Positions 38,269-48,031 of a stretch of DNA of 52,751 nt are shown here, piece after piece. This stretch comes from Bacteroidota bacterium (GTDB lineage Bacteria > Bacteroidota > Bacteroidia > Bacteroidales > VadinHA17), in contig JAUXED010000004.1 in the NCBI GenBank assembly GCA_030618105.1, positions 1-52,751 of the forward strand, in the 5' to 3' direction. The notes below the pieces were generated by a model. The model did no database searches. It had not been told where the DNA came from and saw nothing but the letters and a program-made list of their open reading frames with translations. The translations under genes and the position numbers were made by a program. Position 1 is the stretch's first letter; each line of letters begins with the position of its first letter.

Positions 38269-38290
38269 TCCTTTTCTCCCTCTCGTCCTT

Positions 38291-39433
38291 CTAATCCCGT
38301 AAAATGCTCCTTGAGATCACAATCTTCTGTATTTCTGAGGTTCCCTCATATATCTGTGTCAATTTTGCTTCCCTCATAAGACGTTCAACATGATATTCCT
38401 TACAATATCCATATCCTCCGTGTATCTGAACAGCCTCGGTAGTAACGCGCATAGCTGTTTCGGAAGCATACAGTTTGGCCATGGCACTGGCAGTACCAAA
38501 CGGTTTTCCCTCGTCTTCAAGCCAGGCAGCTTTAAGGCAAAGTAACCGTGATACTTCTATATCAGTGGCCATATCTGCCAGTTTAAACGCAATAGCCTGA
38601 TGATTACATATTTCCGTTCCGAATGCTTTACGTTCCCTGGAATACTGAACAGACCTTTCGTATGCACCTGAAGCTATACCGAGAGCTTGAGCTGCAATAC
38701 CTATCCGTCCAACTTCAAGTGTTTTCATAGCCATCTTAAACCCGAAGCCATCTTCTCCCAATCTGTTTTCTTTAGGCACTTTAACATCAGTAAACATAAT
38801 AGAATGGGTATCTGAACTTCGCATACCCATTTTGTTTTCATGCTGACCCAAAGAAATTCCTTTAGTATCTTTTTCAACAATAAAGGCATTAATCCCTTTG
38901 TGTTTTTTTTCCGGATGTGTTTGGGCAATAACCACATAAGTTGATGCTGAACTAGCACAAGTAGTCCAGTTTTTAGTACCATTCAGAAGATAATAATCAC
39001 CCTTATCTTCAGCAATTGTTCGTTGCATAGTTGCATCCGAGCCAGCTTCAGGTTCAGACAATGCAAAAGCACCGATCACATCTCCTCTTGCGAGAGGTTT
39101 CAGGTATTTCTCTTTTTGTTCCTCAGTACCATAAGTTTCAATTCCCCAGCATACAAGAGAATTGTTAACTGAAATAATCACACCAAGAGATGAATCCACT
39201 TTAGATATCTCCTCCATGGCTAAAACATACGATACAGTATCCATTCCACCTCCATCGTATTTTGGATCAACCGTTATTCCCAGGAACCCAAGTTTAGCCA
39301 GGTTCTTTACATGCTGCGTAGGAAATTCGGCTTTTTCATCCCGTTCTATTACATCTTTAATAAGTTCACGCTGCGCATAATCCCTGGCAGCTTGCCTGAT
39401 CATTAATTGTTCTTCTGTGTATTGAAAGTCCAT
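38291..39433 (-). CDS. Acyl-CoA dehydrogenase (butyryl/short-branched chain)
   Basis: FALSEPEAGSDA, LNGTK, GRIGIAAQALG, QIHGGYG, IYEGTSEIQ. Confidence 0.95.
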   Translation of the reverse strand: MDFQYTEEQLMIRQAARDYAQRELIKDVIERDEKAEFPTQHVKNLAKLGFLGITVDPKYDGGGMDTVSYVLAMEEISKVDSSLGVIISVNNSLVCWGIETYGTEEQKEKYLKPLARGDVIGAFALSEPEAGSDATMQRTIAEDKGDYYLLNGTKNWTTCASSASTYVVIAQTHPEKKHKGINAFIVEKDTKGISLGQHENKMGMRSSDTHSIMFTDVKVPKENRLGEDGFGFKMAMKTLEVGRIGIAAQALGIASGAYERSVQYSRERKAFGTEICNHQAIAFKLADMATDIEVSRLLCLKAAWLEDEGKPFGTASAMAKLYASETAMRVTTEAVQIHGGYGYCKEYHVERLMREAKLTQIYEGTSEIQKIVISRSILRD

Positions 39434-39436
39434 GTT

Positions 39437-40780
39437 TTATAGTTTATTAAAATAATTATTAATAGGTCCGTATGCATGGAAAAATCCACGCTTTAGAATA
39501 GTATTTACATCTTTATCACTGAATGCTACCTTATCTGATACAAGCTTTTCTGCAATTTCTTTAGAATTCTTCCCATATTCCATAGCCAGCTTAGCTCCCG
39601 GACTATCCGTTTCTGATAATTCAACAAAATAATCTTCTAACTTTTTACCTTTTTCAGGATCTTTAATTATCTCTTTCCATACAGGCATATATGAAGGTGT
39701 TGAACCAAGTTTTGCCATTGCTTGTTCTTTCAAACCGGAAACCGGTGTATAACTTCTACTCTCAGGGTTATAAACCCCGGTTATTTTGCCACCATCATAC
39801 ATAAAAAAGCCATTTTTCTGCGAACCATCAGGGTTTTGTCCGCCTTTTGCACCGAGTTCCATTAGTTTGTCCAGCAGTGGACTACTGATCGTTTCTTCTT
39901 TAATCCTGTTATTCATTACATTCATAATGAGTCTGACAACATCTATCCCTACATAATCAATAAGCTGGAAAATTCCCATTGGTCGTACCAAAAACCTGCT
40001 GCTAATATTATTAACCATATAAACAGCCAGGGGAAAAGAATTCTCTCCGGATAATTTTTCAACTTGCTTAATACCAAACAAGGAATCACGAATAAAATGG
40101 CCATTACCGATAAAACCTGCAATATCGTTAGCAGGCACCATTATCTTTCCCATATGTTCAATCAGCTGCCGAGCAAAATCTTTCAAACCCGAAACAGTAT
40201 TTTCCGACTCAATAACTTCAACAAGTTTTTGAATAGCCGGTGGATTATAGAAATGAAATCCGATAATCCGTCCATAAAGTCCGGCAGCTTCATCAAGCTC
40301 CCCAATTGGAATAGATGACGTATTTGTAAGATACCATACATACCCGGGGTTATAATTCTCAATTTCAGCTAATAATTTAATTTTCAAACCCTTATCTTCG
40401 CTAACTGCTTCAAACACAGTATCAACATCCCTCAATGATCCTAAAAATGTAACAGGTTTAATTAACTTTATTACATCAGATACATATTTTTCGAGCAGAT
40501 CTTCTTCAGTCATTTCCTGGTCATTGCCAGAATAAAAACCTTTCACCTGATCAAAATTTCTTTCCCCGTTCTTTCTTACCTGTTTTTCTATATACTTCAT
40601 TACTCCCTTTAATCCTTCTTCGGAAACATCCATTGCATAAAGGGTTAAATCAATATCCGGATCATCCTGTTGGAATTTAATTTTAGCCATCTCAATGGCA
40701 GTTAACAATAATATGCCACTACCCATTTTACCAGCTGCCCCAAGAACAGCTACTTTTTTAAATTGGTTTTCGTAAGCCAT
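39437..40780 (-). CDS. 3-hydroxyacyl-CoA dehydrogenase family protein
   Basis: GAAGKMG, FEAVSE, TNTSS, GFHFYNP, GFIGN, PMGIF. Confidence 0.9.
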   Translation of the reverse strand: MAYENQFKKVAVLGAAGKMGSGILLLTAIEMAKIKFQQDDPDIDLTLYAMDVSEEGLKGVMKYIEKQVRKNGERNFDQVKGFYSGNDQEMTEEDLLEKYVSDVIKLIKPVTFLGSLRDVDTVFEAVSEDKGLKIKLLAEIENYNPGYVWYLTNTSSIPIGELDEAAGLYGRIIGFHFYNPPAIQKLVEVIESENTVSGLKDFARQLIEHMGKIMVPANDIAGFIGNGHFIRDSLFGIKQVEKLSGENSFPLAVYMVNNISSRFLVRPMGIFQLIDYVGIDVVRLIMNVMNNRIKEETISSPLLDKLMELGAKGGQNPDGSQKNGFFMYDGGKITGVYNPESRSYTPVSGLKEQAMAKLGSTPSYMPVWKEIIKDPEKGKKLEDYFVELSETDSPGAKLAMEYGKNSKEIAEKLVSDKVAFSDKDVNTILKRGFFHAYGPINNYFNKL

Positions 40781-40900
40781 TTCTTTTTATGTGTTATTAA
40801 CGTTATTATTAGTTATTTATGTATCAAACTTACGTTAAGTATTAATTCCAGTAATCTTACTCTCCATGAATTGCTATTTTAAATCTATCCCTTCTTCTCT

Positions 40901-40934
40901 CCTTACCTTAGCCTTAGCCTTAGCCTTAGCCTAA
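40901..40934. repeat. (CCTTAG)x4-5 hexamer array after the crotonase stop
   Basis: Reverse complement of the AAGGCT array at 8303-8323. Confidence 0.85.
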
Positions 40935-40939
40935 TCCAA

Positions 40940-41710
40940 TTACCATTCAGGTTTTCTCTTTTCAAGAAATGCTTTCATTCCTTCTGTACCTTCATTGCCA
41001 AACAACGAGCCAAATTCGCGACTTTCAAGCCTGGTAGCTCTAGCAAAGTCAAGGTTTAATCCAATATGCGCCACCTTTTTAATTAAAGATACTGAATGAG
41101 GTCCTTTTGAAAGTATTCTTTCAGCCAATTTATATACTTCATCCATAAGCTGCTCCGGTTCAGTGACTTTTTGAACCAGGCCAATTCTTAAAGCTTCATC
41201 TGCAGAAATCTGATCGGCGGTTAGCAGCAAATTAAGTGCATTACCCAGACCCACAAGACGAGGTAACCGCTGTGTTCCTCCAAAACCCGGGATCAGACCA
41301 AGACTTACTTCCGGCTGACCAAATTTTGCCTTGTTACTTGCAACCCGGATATCACAAGCCATTGCTAATTCACAACCACCACCCAGTGCATACCCGTTAA
41401 CTGCAGCAATAACCGGAACCTTTAGTTTTTCCAGTCCATGAAAAACATCTTGCCCCCGCGAAGAGAATTTTTCTGCCTTAGATTTATCCATACTAACCAT
41501 TTCTGCAATATCAGCCCCGGCAACAAACGCCTTCCCTTCACCGGTAATAACCAGTATTTTTATTTCATTATCTTCCCTGATATTATCGAGCAATAGCTCC
41601 ATATCACTAAAGAAATCATTATTTAATGCATTTAAGGCTTCTGGCCGGTTCATTGTAATGGTGGCAATATTATTCCTGACCTCAAATTTTATGGTTTTTA
41701 TTTCATCCAT
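40940..41710 (-). CDS. Enoyl-CoA hydratase (crotonase)
   Basis: NRPEALNAL, FVAGADI, GGGCEL, GQPEV, PGFGGTQRL. Confidence 0.94.
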   Translation of the reverse strand: MDEIKTIKFEVRNNIATITMNRPEALNALNNDFFSDMELLLDNIREDNEIKILVITGEGKAFVAGADIAEMVSMDKSKAEKFSSRGQDVFHGLEKLKVPVIAAVNGYALGGGCELAMACDIRVASNKAKFGQPEVSLGLIPGFGGTQRLPRLVGLGNALNLLLTADQISADEALRIGLVQKVTEPEQLMDEVYKLAERILSKGPHSVSLIKKVAHIGLNLDFARATRLESREFGSLFGNEGTEGMKAFLEKRKPEW

Positions 41711-41928
41711 GATAAATTATGTTTGAATGATAAAGAGAAAAAAGGAAATTGAACGAGTTGATAAACATTTAAGAATCAATATTAAAACAAAAGATATGCA
41801 TAACGACATTAGTATAAATGTAAATAATTATTACTGATATTTCAAATGTTCGAATGATTATATTACAGTTTAGTGTTGTAAAAACTATATTTGTAAGAAA
41901 AATCCAGGATTAATAAAAGAACATAGCT

Positions 41929-42963
41929 ATGCGATTATTAACCAGTCTCCTGATACTAACATTTATCACTTATTGTGTTTATCCACAGCGCACACCTACT
42001 GATAAAATGTTTACAGTTGTTTTTTATAATGTTGAGAATCTGTTTGATACCGAGAATGATCCTGATACCGAAGACGATGAGTTTACACCAGAAGGCAATA
42101 AAAAATGGAATAGTGAAAAGTACTTAAAAAAACTAAAGGACCTGTCCACTGTTTTTCACTCAATAAATTCCAGGGAATTACCGGAGATTATCGGACTATG
42201 CGAAGTCGAAAACAAGAAGGTTCTTGAAGACCTGATATCCACCGGTAAACTAAAGAAAGGAAACTACGAAATTGTTCATGAAAATAGTGAGGATAAACGC
42301 GGAATTGATGTAGCACTACTATACCGCAAAGATGAATTCCAATATCTCGCTCATAGATCAATTCCTGTGCATTTCAAATTTGACACTGCATCGCAGGTAA
42401 GAAACATTCTTTATGTTAAAGGAAAAACCGGGAAAAATGAAATATTCCATTTTTTTGTGAATCACTGGAAATCAAGATCAGGAGGACAACAAGTCACGGA
42501 ACCAAAACGAATATATACTGCAGTGACTCTGAGAAAAGTTGTGGATTCTATTTTTAATTTTGAGCCGGAAGCGAAAATTATTATTATGGGCGACTTTAAT
42601 GATGAACCTACCAATATGAGTTTGCACTCCATTCTTCAAGCTAATAATAAGCAGAAAAATGTCAATCCACGTGAACTTTACAATTTAATGTACAATAATC
42701 ATAACCTGAATAATATTGGTACATACAGTTACAAGGGGAACTGGAATATGCTTGACCAGATAATCGTTTCACAAAAAGTAATAAGCGACAAGAAAAACTA
42801 TCATTGTAATTATTTATCCGGAACTATTTACCAGGATAAATGGATGATGTATGATAATCCAAAAGTTGGAATGCTTACTCCGAATATTACATACGGAGGT
42901 GATATGTATTTTGGAGGAGTTAGTGATCATCTTCCGGTATTTGTTGTTTTGAGAAAAGAGTGA
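41929..42963 (+). CDS. Endonuclease/exonuclease/phosphatase family secreted protein
   Basis: YNVENLFD, GLCEVEN, NHWKSR, MGDFND, SDHLPV; TATATTTG promoter at 41886-41893. Confidence 0.92.
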   Translation: MRLLTSLLILTFITYCVYPQRTPTDKMFTVVFYNVENLFDTENDPDTEDDEFTPEGNKKWNSEKYLKKLKDLSTVFHSINSRELPEIIGLCEVENKKVLEDLISTGKLKKGNYEIVHENSEDKRGIDVALLYRKDEFQYLAHRSIPVHFKFDTASQVRNILYVKGKTGKNEIFHFFVNHWKSRSGGQQVTEPKRIYTAVTLRKVVDSIFNFEPEAKIIIMGDFNDEPTNMSLHSILQANNKQKNVNPRELYNLMYNNHNLNNIGTYSYKGNWNMLDQIIVSQKVISDKKNYHCNYLSGTIYQDKWMMYDNPKVGMLTPNITYGGDMYFGGVSDHLPVFVVLRKE

Positions 42964-42970
42964 AGGAAAC

Positions 42971-44986
42971 ATGCAATTTGAATTAATTTCTGATTATTCA
43001 CCCACCGGTGATCAACCTCAGGCTATTGCAGATCTGGTTGATGACTTACGCAGCGGTACCAAATTCCAAACTCTTCTTGGGGTTACAGGATCAGGAAAAA
43101 CATTCACTATTGCAAACGTAATTGAGCAAATTCAGCGCCCGGTGCTGGTGCTTAGTCATAATAAAACCCTTGCGGCACAACTTTACGGAGAATTCCGCCA
43201 GTTCTTCCCCAACAGTGCAGTTGAATATTTTGTATCCTACTATGATTATTACCAGCCGGAAGCATACCTGCCTGTTACCGATACATACATTGAAAAAGAT
43301 CTGTCAATAAATGATGAAATAGAAAAGCTAAGACTCAGTACAACCTCATCACTCCTTTCGGGGCGAAAAGATGTTATTGTTATATCGTCGGTTTCCTGTT
43401 TATATGGAATTGGGAACCCTGAAGATTTTCACAGTAATACCATTTGGATAAACAAAAGTGATAAGACCAGCCGTAATGCTCTTCTAAGGAAACTGGTTGA
43501 CAGTCTTTATTCCAGGAATGAGATTGACTTTCAGCGTGGAACATTCAGGGTTCAGGGTGATACAGTCGATATTTTTGTTGCTTATGGCGATCATGCAATA
43601 CGTATTGTTTTTTGGGGAAATGAAATTGAAGAAATTGAAACCATTGATCCGGTAAATGGAAATACTATTGAAGTACTCGATCAGGTGGTCATCTATCCTG
43701 CAAATATTTTTGTCACAACGAAAGAGAGGATGCAAAAAGCAATCAGCCAAATCGAAAAAGATATGTCTGATCATGTCCAATATTTTAATGATATTGGCAA
43801 AGAATTTGAGGCTAAAAGACTCCGGCAAAAAGTTAGTTATGATCTTGAAATGATAAGAGAGATGGGATACTGCAGTGGTATTGAAAACTATTCAAGGTAT
43901 TTTGACGGCCGTAATCCGGGTACCCGGCCTTTCTGCCTTTTGGATTATTTTCCCGATGATTTTGTAACAATTATTGATGAAAGTCATGTTACAATACCCC
44001 AGGTAAGGGCTATGCATGGAGGAGACCATTCAAGAAAACAAACTCTTGTTGAATATGGATTCAGGTTACCCGCGTCACTGGATAACCGGCCACTCAGGCT
44101 CGATGAGTTTGAGGGATTAACCGGGCAGACAATTTTTATGAGTGCCACACCGGCAGATTATGAACTTCAGAAAAGCGAAGGAGTTATTGTTGACCAGGTA
44201 ATACGACCGACCGGATTACTGGATCCGCCTATTGATGTACGTCCCAGTCTTAACCAAATCGATAACCTTATATCTGAGATCAACAAGCGTATTGAAACAA
44301 AAGAGCGGGTTCTTATTACAACTCTTACCAAGCGAATGGCTGAAGAATTAACAGACTACCTTTTGAAACTTTCAATTAAATGTCAATATATCCATTCTGA
44401 TATTGATACACTTGAAAGAGTTGAGATTATGGAAAACCTCAGGTATGGAAGGATAGATGTTATTGTAGGTGTAAACCTTCTACGTGAAGGACTGGATCTG
44501 CCTGAAGTATCTCTTGTTGCTATCCTTGATGCTGATAAAGAAGGGTTCCTGAGATCAGAACGATCACTTACCCAAACTGCCGGCAGAGCAGCCCGCAATA
44601 TTAATGGAAAAGTAATAATGTACGCTGATAAGATCACCGGGTCTATGCAGAAAACTATTGATGAAACAAACAGAAGAAGAGAGAAACAATTATCATACAA
44701 TGAAGAAATGGGTATAACACCCACGCAAATCGTAAAAGCATCCAAATCATTTATGGGTGATATCCCCGGGAAAAAAGCGGGTGAAAAATTCTATGCCGGT
44801 CCCCGGATAAAGGATATTGCTGCCGATCCAATAGTGAAATATATGAACGAAAAAGCTCTGAAAAAAGCTATTGAAAAGAGTAAGCAAAATATGGAAAAAG
44901 CTGCTGAAGAACTGGACTTTATCAAAGCAGCAGGCTACAGAGATGAGATGTATGAATTGGAAAAAATGCTAGAGTCTAAGCAATAA
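42971..44986 (+). CDS. uvrB: Excinuclease ABC subunit B
   Basis: GVTGSGKT, YYDYYQPEAY, DESH, NLLREGLDLPEV. Confidence 0.98.
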   Translation: MQFELISDYSPTGDQPQAIADLVDDLRSGTKFQTLLGVTGSGKTFTIANVIEQIQRPVLVLSHNKTLAAQLYGEFRQFFPNSAVEYFVSYYDYYQPEAYLPVTDTYIEKDLSINDEIEKLRLSTTSSLLSGRKDVIVISSVSCLYGIGNPEDFHSNTIWINKSDKTSRNALLRKLVDSLYSRNEIDFQRGTFRVQGDTVDIFVAYGDHAIRIVFWGNEIEEIETIDPVNGNTIEVLDQVVIYPANIFVTTKERMQKAISQIEKDMSDHVQYFNDIGKEFEAKRLRQKVSYDLEMIREMGYCSGIENYSRYFDGRNPGTRPFCLLDYFPDDFVTIIDESHVTIPQVRAMHGGDHSRKQTLVEYGFRLPASLDNRPLRLDEFEGLTGQTIFMSATPADYELQKSEGVIVDQVIRPTGLLDPPIDVRPSLNQIDNLISEINKRIETKERVLITTLTKRMAEELTDYLLKLSIKCQYIHSDIDTLERVEIMENLRYGRIDVIVGVNLLREGLDLPEVSLVAILDADKEGFLRSERSLTQTAGRAARNINGKVIMYADKITGSMQKTIDETNRRREKQLSYNEEMGITPTQIVKASKSFMGDIPGKKAGEKFYAGPRIKDIAADPIVKYMNEKALKKAIEKSKQNMEKAAEELDFIKAAGYRDEMYELEKMLESKQ

Positions 44987-45021
44987 AAAGAAAACAGTTT
45001 TGTGTTACAATGTGAAGAACA

Positions 45022-45155
45022 ACTGGTTACTGGTTACTGGTTACTGGTCTTTGAACCTTGAATTCTTCATTCTTCCTTACTCACCTTACTCAACTTTTTC
45101 TTTTCTTCCCTCTTCACTTTCAACTTTCAACTTTCAATTTTTCTTCCTCTCCTTA
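45022..45155. repeat. Stacked arrays (ACTGGTT)x4, (CCTTACTCA)x2, (TTTCAAC)x3 between uvrB and rpoD
   Basis: Read directly. Confidence 0.85.
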
Positions 45156-46016
45156 CTACCCAAGATATGTTTTTAGCAGCTTACTTCTTGAAGTATGCCG
45201 TAATCTTCTAATTGCTTTTTCCTTAATTTGCCGCACACGTTCCCGTGTAAGGCCAAACCTCTCTCCTATTTCTTCAAGTGTCATTTCCTGTATTCCTATT
45301 CCAAAAAATAACCTTATAATATCACGTTCCCGCTCAGTGAGAGTTGCCAGGGAACGGTTAATTTCCTTTACAAGCGATTCACTTAATAATGATTTATCTG
45401 CCTTTGGAGAATCGTTATTTGGAAGAACATCAAGCAAACTGTTGTCTTCTCCCTCAATAAATGGAGCATCCATAGAAATATGTCTTCCTGATACTTTAAG
45501 TGTATCAGTAACTTTTTCTCTTGGCAGTTCCAAAGATTCAGCCAGCTCTTCAGGTGACGGCTTTCTTTCATACTCCTGTTCAAACTTTGAAAATGCTTTA
45601 TTTATTTTGTTCAGAGATCCAACTTGATTTAATGGCAGTCTGACTATCCGTGATTGCTCGGCTAATGCCTGCAGTATGGATTGTCTGATCCACCAAACAG
45701 CATAAGAAATAAATTTGAACCCCCTGGTTTCATCAAATTTTTCTGCTGCTTTAATCAGACCAAGATTCCCTTCATTAATTAAATCAGGAAGACTAAGCCC
45801 TTGATTCTGGTATTGTTTAGCAACAGAAACAACAAACCTGAGATTGGCTCGTGTCAACTTCTCAAGTGCATCTCTATCTCCTTTTTTGATTCGCTGAGCC
45901 AGTTCAACTTCTTCTTCAACCGAAATAAGTTCCTCTTTACCAATTTCTTGCAAATACTTATCTAATGAAGCACTTTCTCTGTTTGTAATCGATTTGGTTA
46001 TCTTTAATTGTCTCAT
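45156..46016 (-). CDS. rpoD: Primary sigma-70 factor, Bacteroidota type lacking region 1.1
   Basis: [45 protein letters not shown]; TACATTTG promoter at 46042-46049 (-). Confidence 0.96.
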   Translation of the reverse strand: MRQLKITKSITNRESASLDKYLQEIGKEELISVEEEVELAQRIKKGDRDALEKLTRANLRFVVSVAKQYQNQGLSLPDLINEGNLGLIKAAEKFDETRGFKFISYAVWWIRQSILQALAEQSRIVRLPLNQVGSLNKINKAFSKFEQEYERKPSPEELAESLELPREKVTDTLKVSGRHISMDAPFIEGEDNSLLDVLPNNDSPKADKSLLSESLVKEINRSLATLTERERDIIRLFFGIGIQEMTLEEIGERFGLTRERVRQIKEKAIRRLRHTSRSKLLKTYLG

Positions 46017-46108
46017 TTTCCCTCCTTAACGAAAATTTTTGCAAATGTATGCCTTTTTATCTAACCAGTCAAGGCTAAACTAAAAACATTTTTTTTAATA
46101 TTTTTTCC

Positions 46109-46258
46109 TTCCATTCTTCCACTCTTCAATTCTTCCCATTATTCCATTATTCCATTATTCCATCTTTCCACTATTCCATCTAATCCCTCTATCCCCTCTA
46201 TTCCCTCTATCCCCTTTAATCCCTCTATTCCCTCTATTCCCTCTAATCCATTCTTCCC
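46109..46258. repeat. Stacked 9-mer (ATTCCCTCT) and 8-mer (TTCCATTA) arrays after the degQ stop
   Basis: About 7 nonamers at 46181-46246 and about 9 octamers at 46109-46180. Confidence 0.9.
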
Positions 46259-47698
46259 TTAATTTCTGAATTTATAACTAAAAAATGTGCCATTTGGCTG
46301 GACACCTTCTATTGAATACAGCGCCCTTCCTCCTCCAAGATTGTTTTTTATATCATCAACCTTATCAACTTTTTTATCATTTATACCGGTAATAATATAT
46401 CCTTTTCTTAACCCCAGTTCCTTAAGCGGTCCATTACCAACATCAACAATCTTTACACCACCGCTAATTCTGTATCTATCAATTACATCTTTATCTAATT
46501 CTTCAAACTTTGCACCAAGAACCAGATCAGCAGATCGTATAATACCGGTATTACCTTGCATATTACGTAAAACAACATCAAATTGTTTTGTTTTACCCTT
46601 CCTTTTTATAATAATTTTTACTTTTTCTTTTGGCCGGAATTTCGCTATCTTTTCCTGTAATTCAGCAGTAGAATTTACTTTTAATGCGTTTATACTTATT
46701 ATTATATCACCAACCTCAATACCAGCCTCAATTGCAGCACCATTCTCACGTAAACCATTAATATATACCCCTTCAATCTTGTCCAGTTTCTTTTCTTTCA
46801 CCAGTTCATCAGTTACATCCTGAATTGTAACCCCAAGTATAGCCCTCTGTACTTCTCCGAATTCTTTCAGATCTTCAATAACCTTCTTTACAATTGTAAC
46901 AGGAATTGCAAATGAATTTCCCGCATATCCTCCATTCGGTGAAATAATTGCAGCATTTATCCCTACCAGTTCGCCTTTTGTATTTACAAGTGCTCCACCA
47001 CTATTACCCCTGTTTAGAGCTGCATCAGTTTGTATGAAGGATTCGATCCTGAACTCATCATCAGGAAGTATGCCCAGGTTTCTGCCTTTGGCACTAACTA
47101 TCCCTGCTGTAACGGTTGATGTTAAATTAAACGGGTTTCCTACAGCCAGAACCCATTCTCCAAGCCGAAGTTCATCTGAATTTCCATATGGTACAAATAT
47201 CAGATCCTTTGCCTTTATTTTTAATAAAGCAAGATCAGTACTGGGATCAGCTCCGACTACCACAGCTTCAAAAGTCCGTTTATCATTTAATACAACTTCA
47301 ATCTCATCAGAATTTTCAATCACATGGTTATTGGTAATAATATAACCATCGGAGGAGGTAATTACCCCGGAGCCAAAACCAAGCATGGGTTGTGGATTCC
47401 TGTAATATTGATCACCATAGAAGAATTCATATAATGGGTTACGTAGGTGTCTTGTCTGTTCTGTAACCGTTTTAACATGTACAACAGCATGTACTGTACG
47501 CTCAGCCGCGTATGTAAAATCCAGATTTTTACCTTCAAAATTGGCAGGTAAATTGGTAAACTTTACTAATTCCCGATTAGTAAAACCATTGTCAGACTTA
47601 ATTTCCGGCTTTTCGAATAAAAGAATGTATGCAAATAATGCAATCATTCCCCCAACAATAGCTATTAGTATTGAACCAAATATTCTCTTTCCATTCAT
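46259..47698 (-). CDS. HtrA/DegQ serine protease with PDZ domains
   Basis: TNNHV, DLAL, GNSGG triad; two PDZ-like domains. Confidence 0.96.
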   Translation of the reverse strand: MNGKRIFGSILIAIVGGMIALFAYILLFEKPEIKSDNGFTNRELVKFTNLPANFEGKNLDFTYAAERTVHAVVHVKTVTEQTRHLRNPLYEFFYGDQYYRNPQPMLGFGSGVITSSDGYIITNNHVIENSDEIEVVLNDKRTFEAVVVGADPSTDLALLKIKAKDLIFVPYGNSDELRLGEWVLAVGNPFNLTSTVTAGIVSAKGRNLGILPDDEFRIESFIQTDAALNRGNSGGALVNTKGELVGINAAIISPNGGYAGNSFAIPVTIVKKVIEDLKEFGEVQRAILGVTIQDVTDELVKEKKLDKIEGVYINGLRENGAAIEAGIEVGDIIISINALKVNSTAELQEKIAKFRPKEKVKIIIKRKGKTKQFDVVLRNMQGNTGIIRSADLVLGAKFEELDKDVIDRYRISGGVKIVDVGNGPLKELGLRKGYIITGINDKKVDKVDDIKNNLGGGRALYSIEGVQPNGTFFSYKFRN

Positions 47699-47729
47699 AT
47701 CAGTTATTTTTTTTTATTTAACAAATGAA

Positions 47730-47835
47730 CTACCTCGCAGCAAGCTGTTGAGGTAGCAAAATATAATTTTCTTTTTTTTAGATGCAAGAAGCATCGTATT
47801 AACTCATTTATCCCGATACGCTACACTATCGGGAT
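47730..47835. repeat. REP-like hairpins in the degQ-dapF divergent region
   Basis: CTACCTC-GCAGCAAGCTGTT-GAGGTAG (47730-47756) and ATCCCGATA...TATCGGGAT (47810-47835). Confidence 0.6.
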
Positions 47836-48031
47836 TTGTTCAACTTACAAATTTCAATTCACTGTGTTTTTGAAATTTGAGTTTCACAAATAAAAATACT
47901 TAAAATCATCATTTTTTTAACAAATTCTATGCCTGTTATTTAAGTTTCTTAACTTTACAATTCATAAAACGTACTGACTAATCGGTTGTTGCACCAATTA
48001 TCACATTTAACATAATTTAACTTACTTGGGC

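Noticed and set aside
45058-45627. 189-aa ORF antisense to rpoD, and similar shadows (46287-46823, 44383-44745, 14320-14769, 32455-32868)
   Set aside because: They overlap or abut well-supported genes on the opposite strand and have no recognisable motifs.
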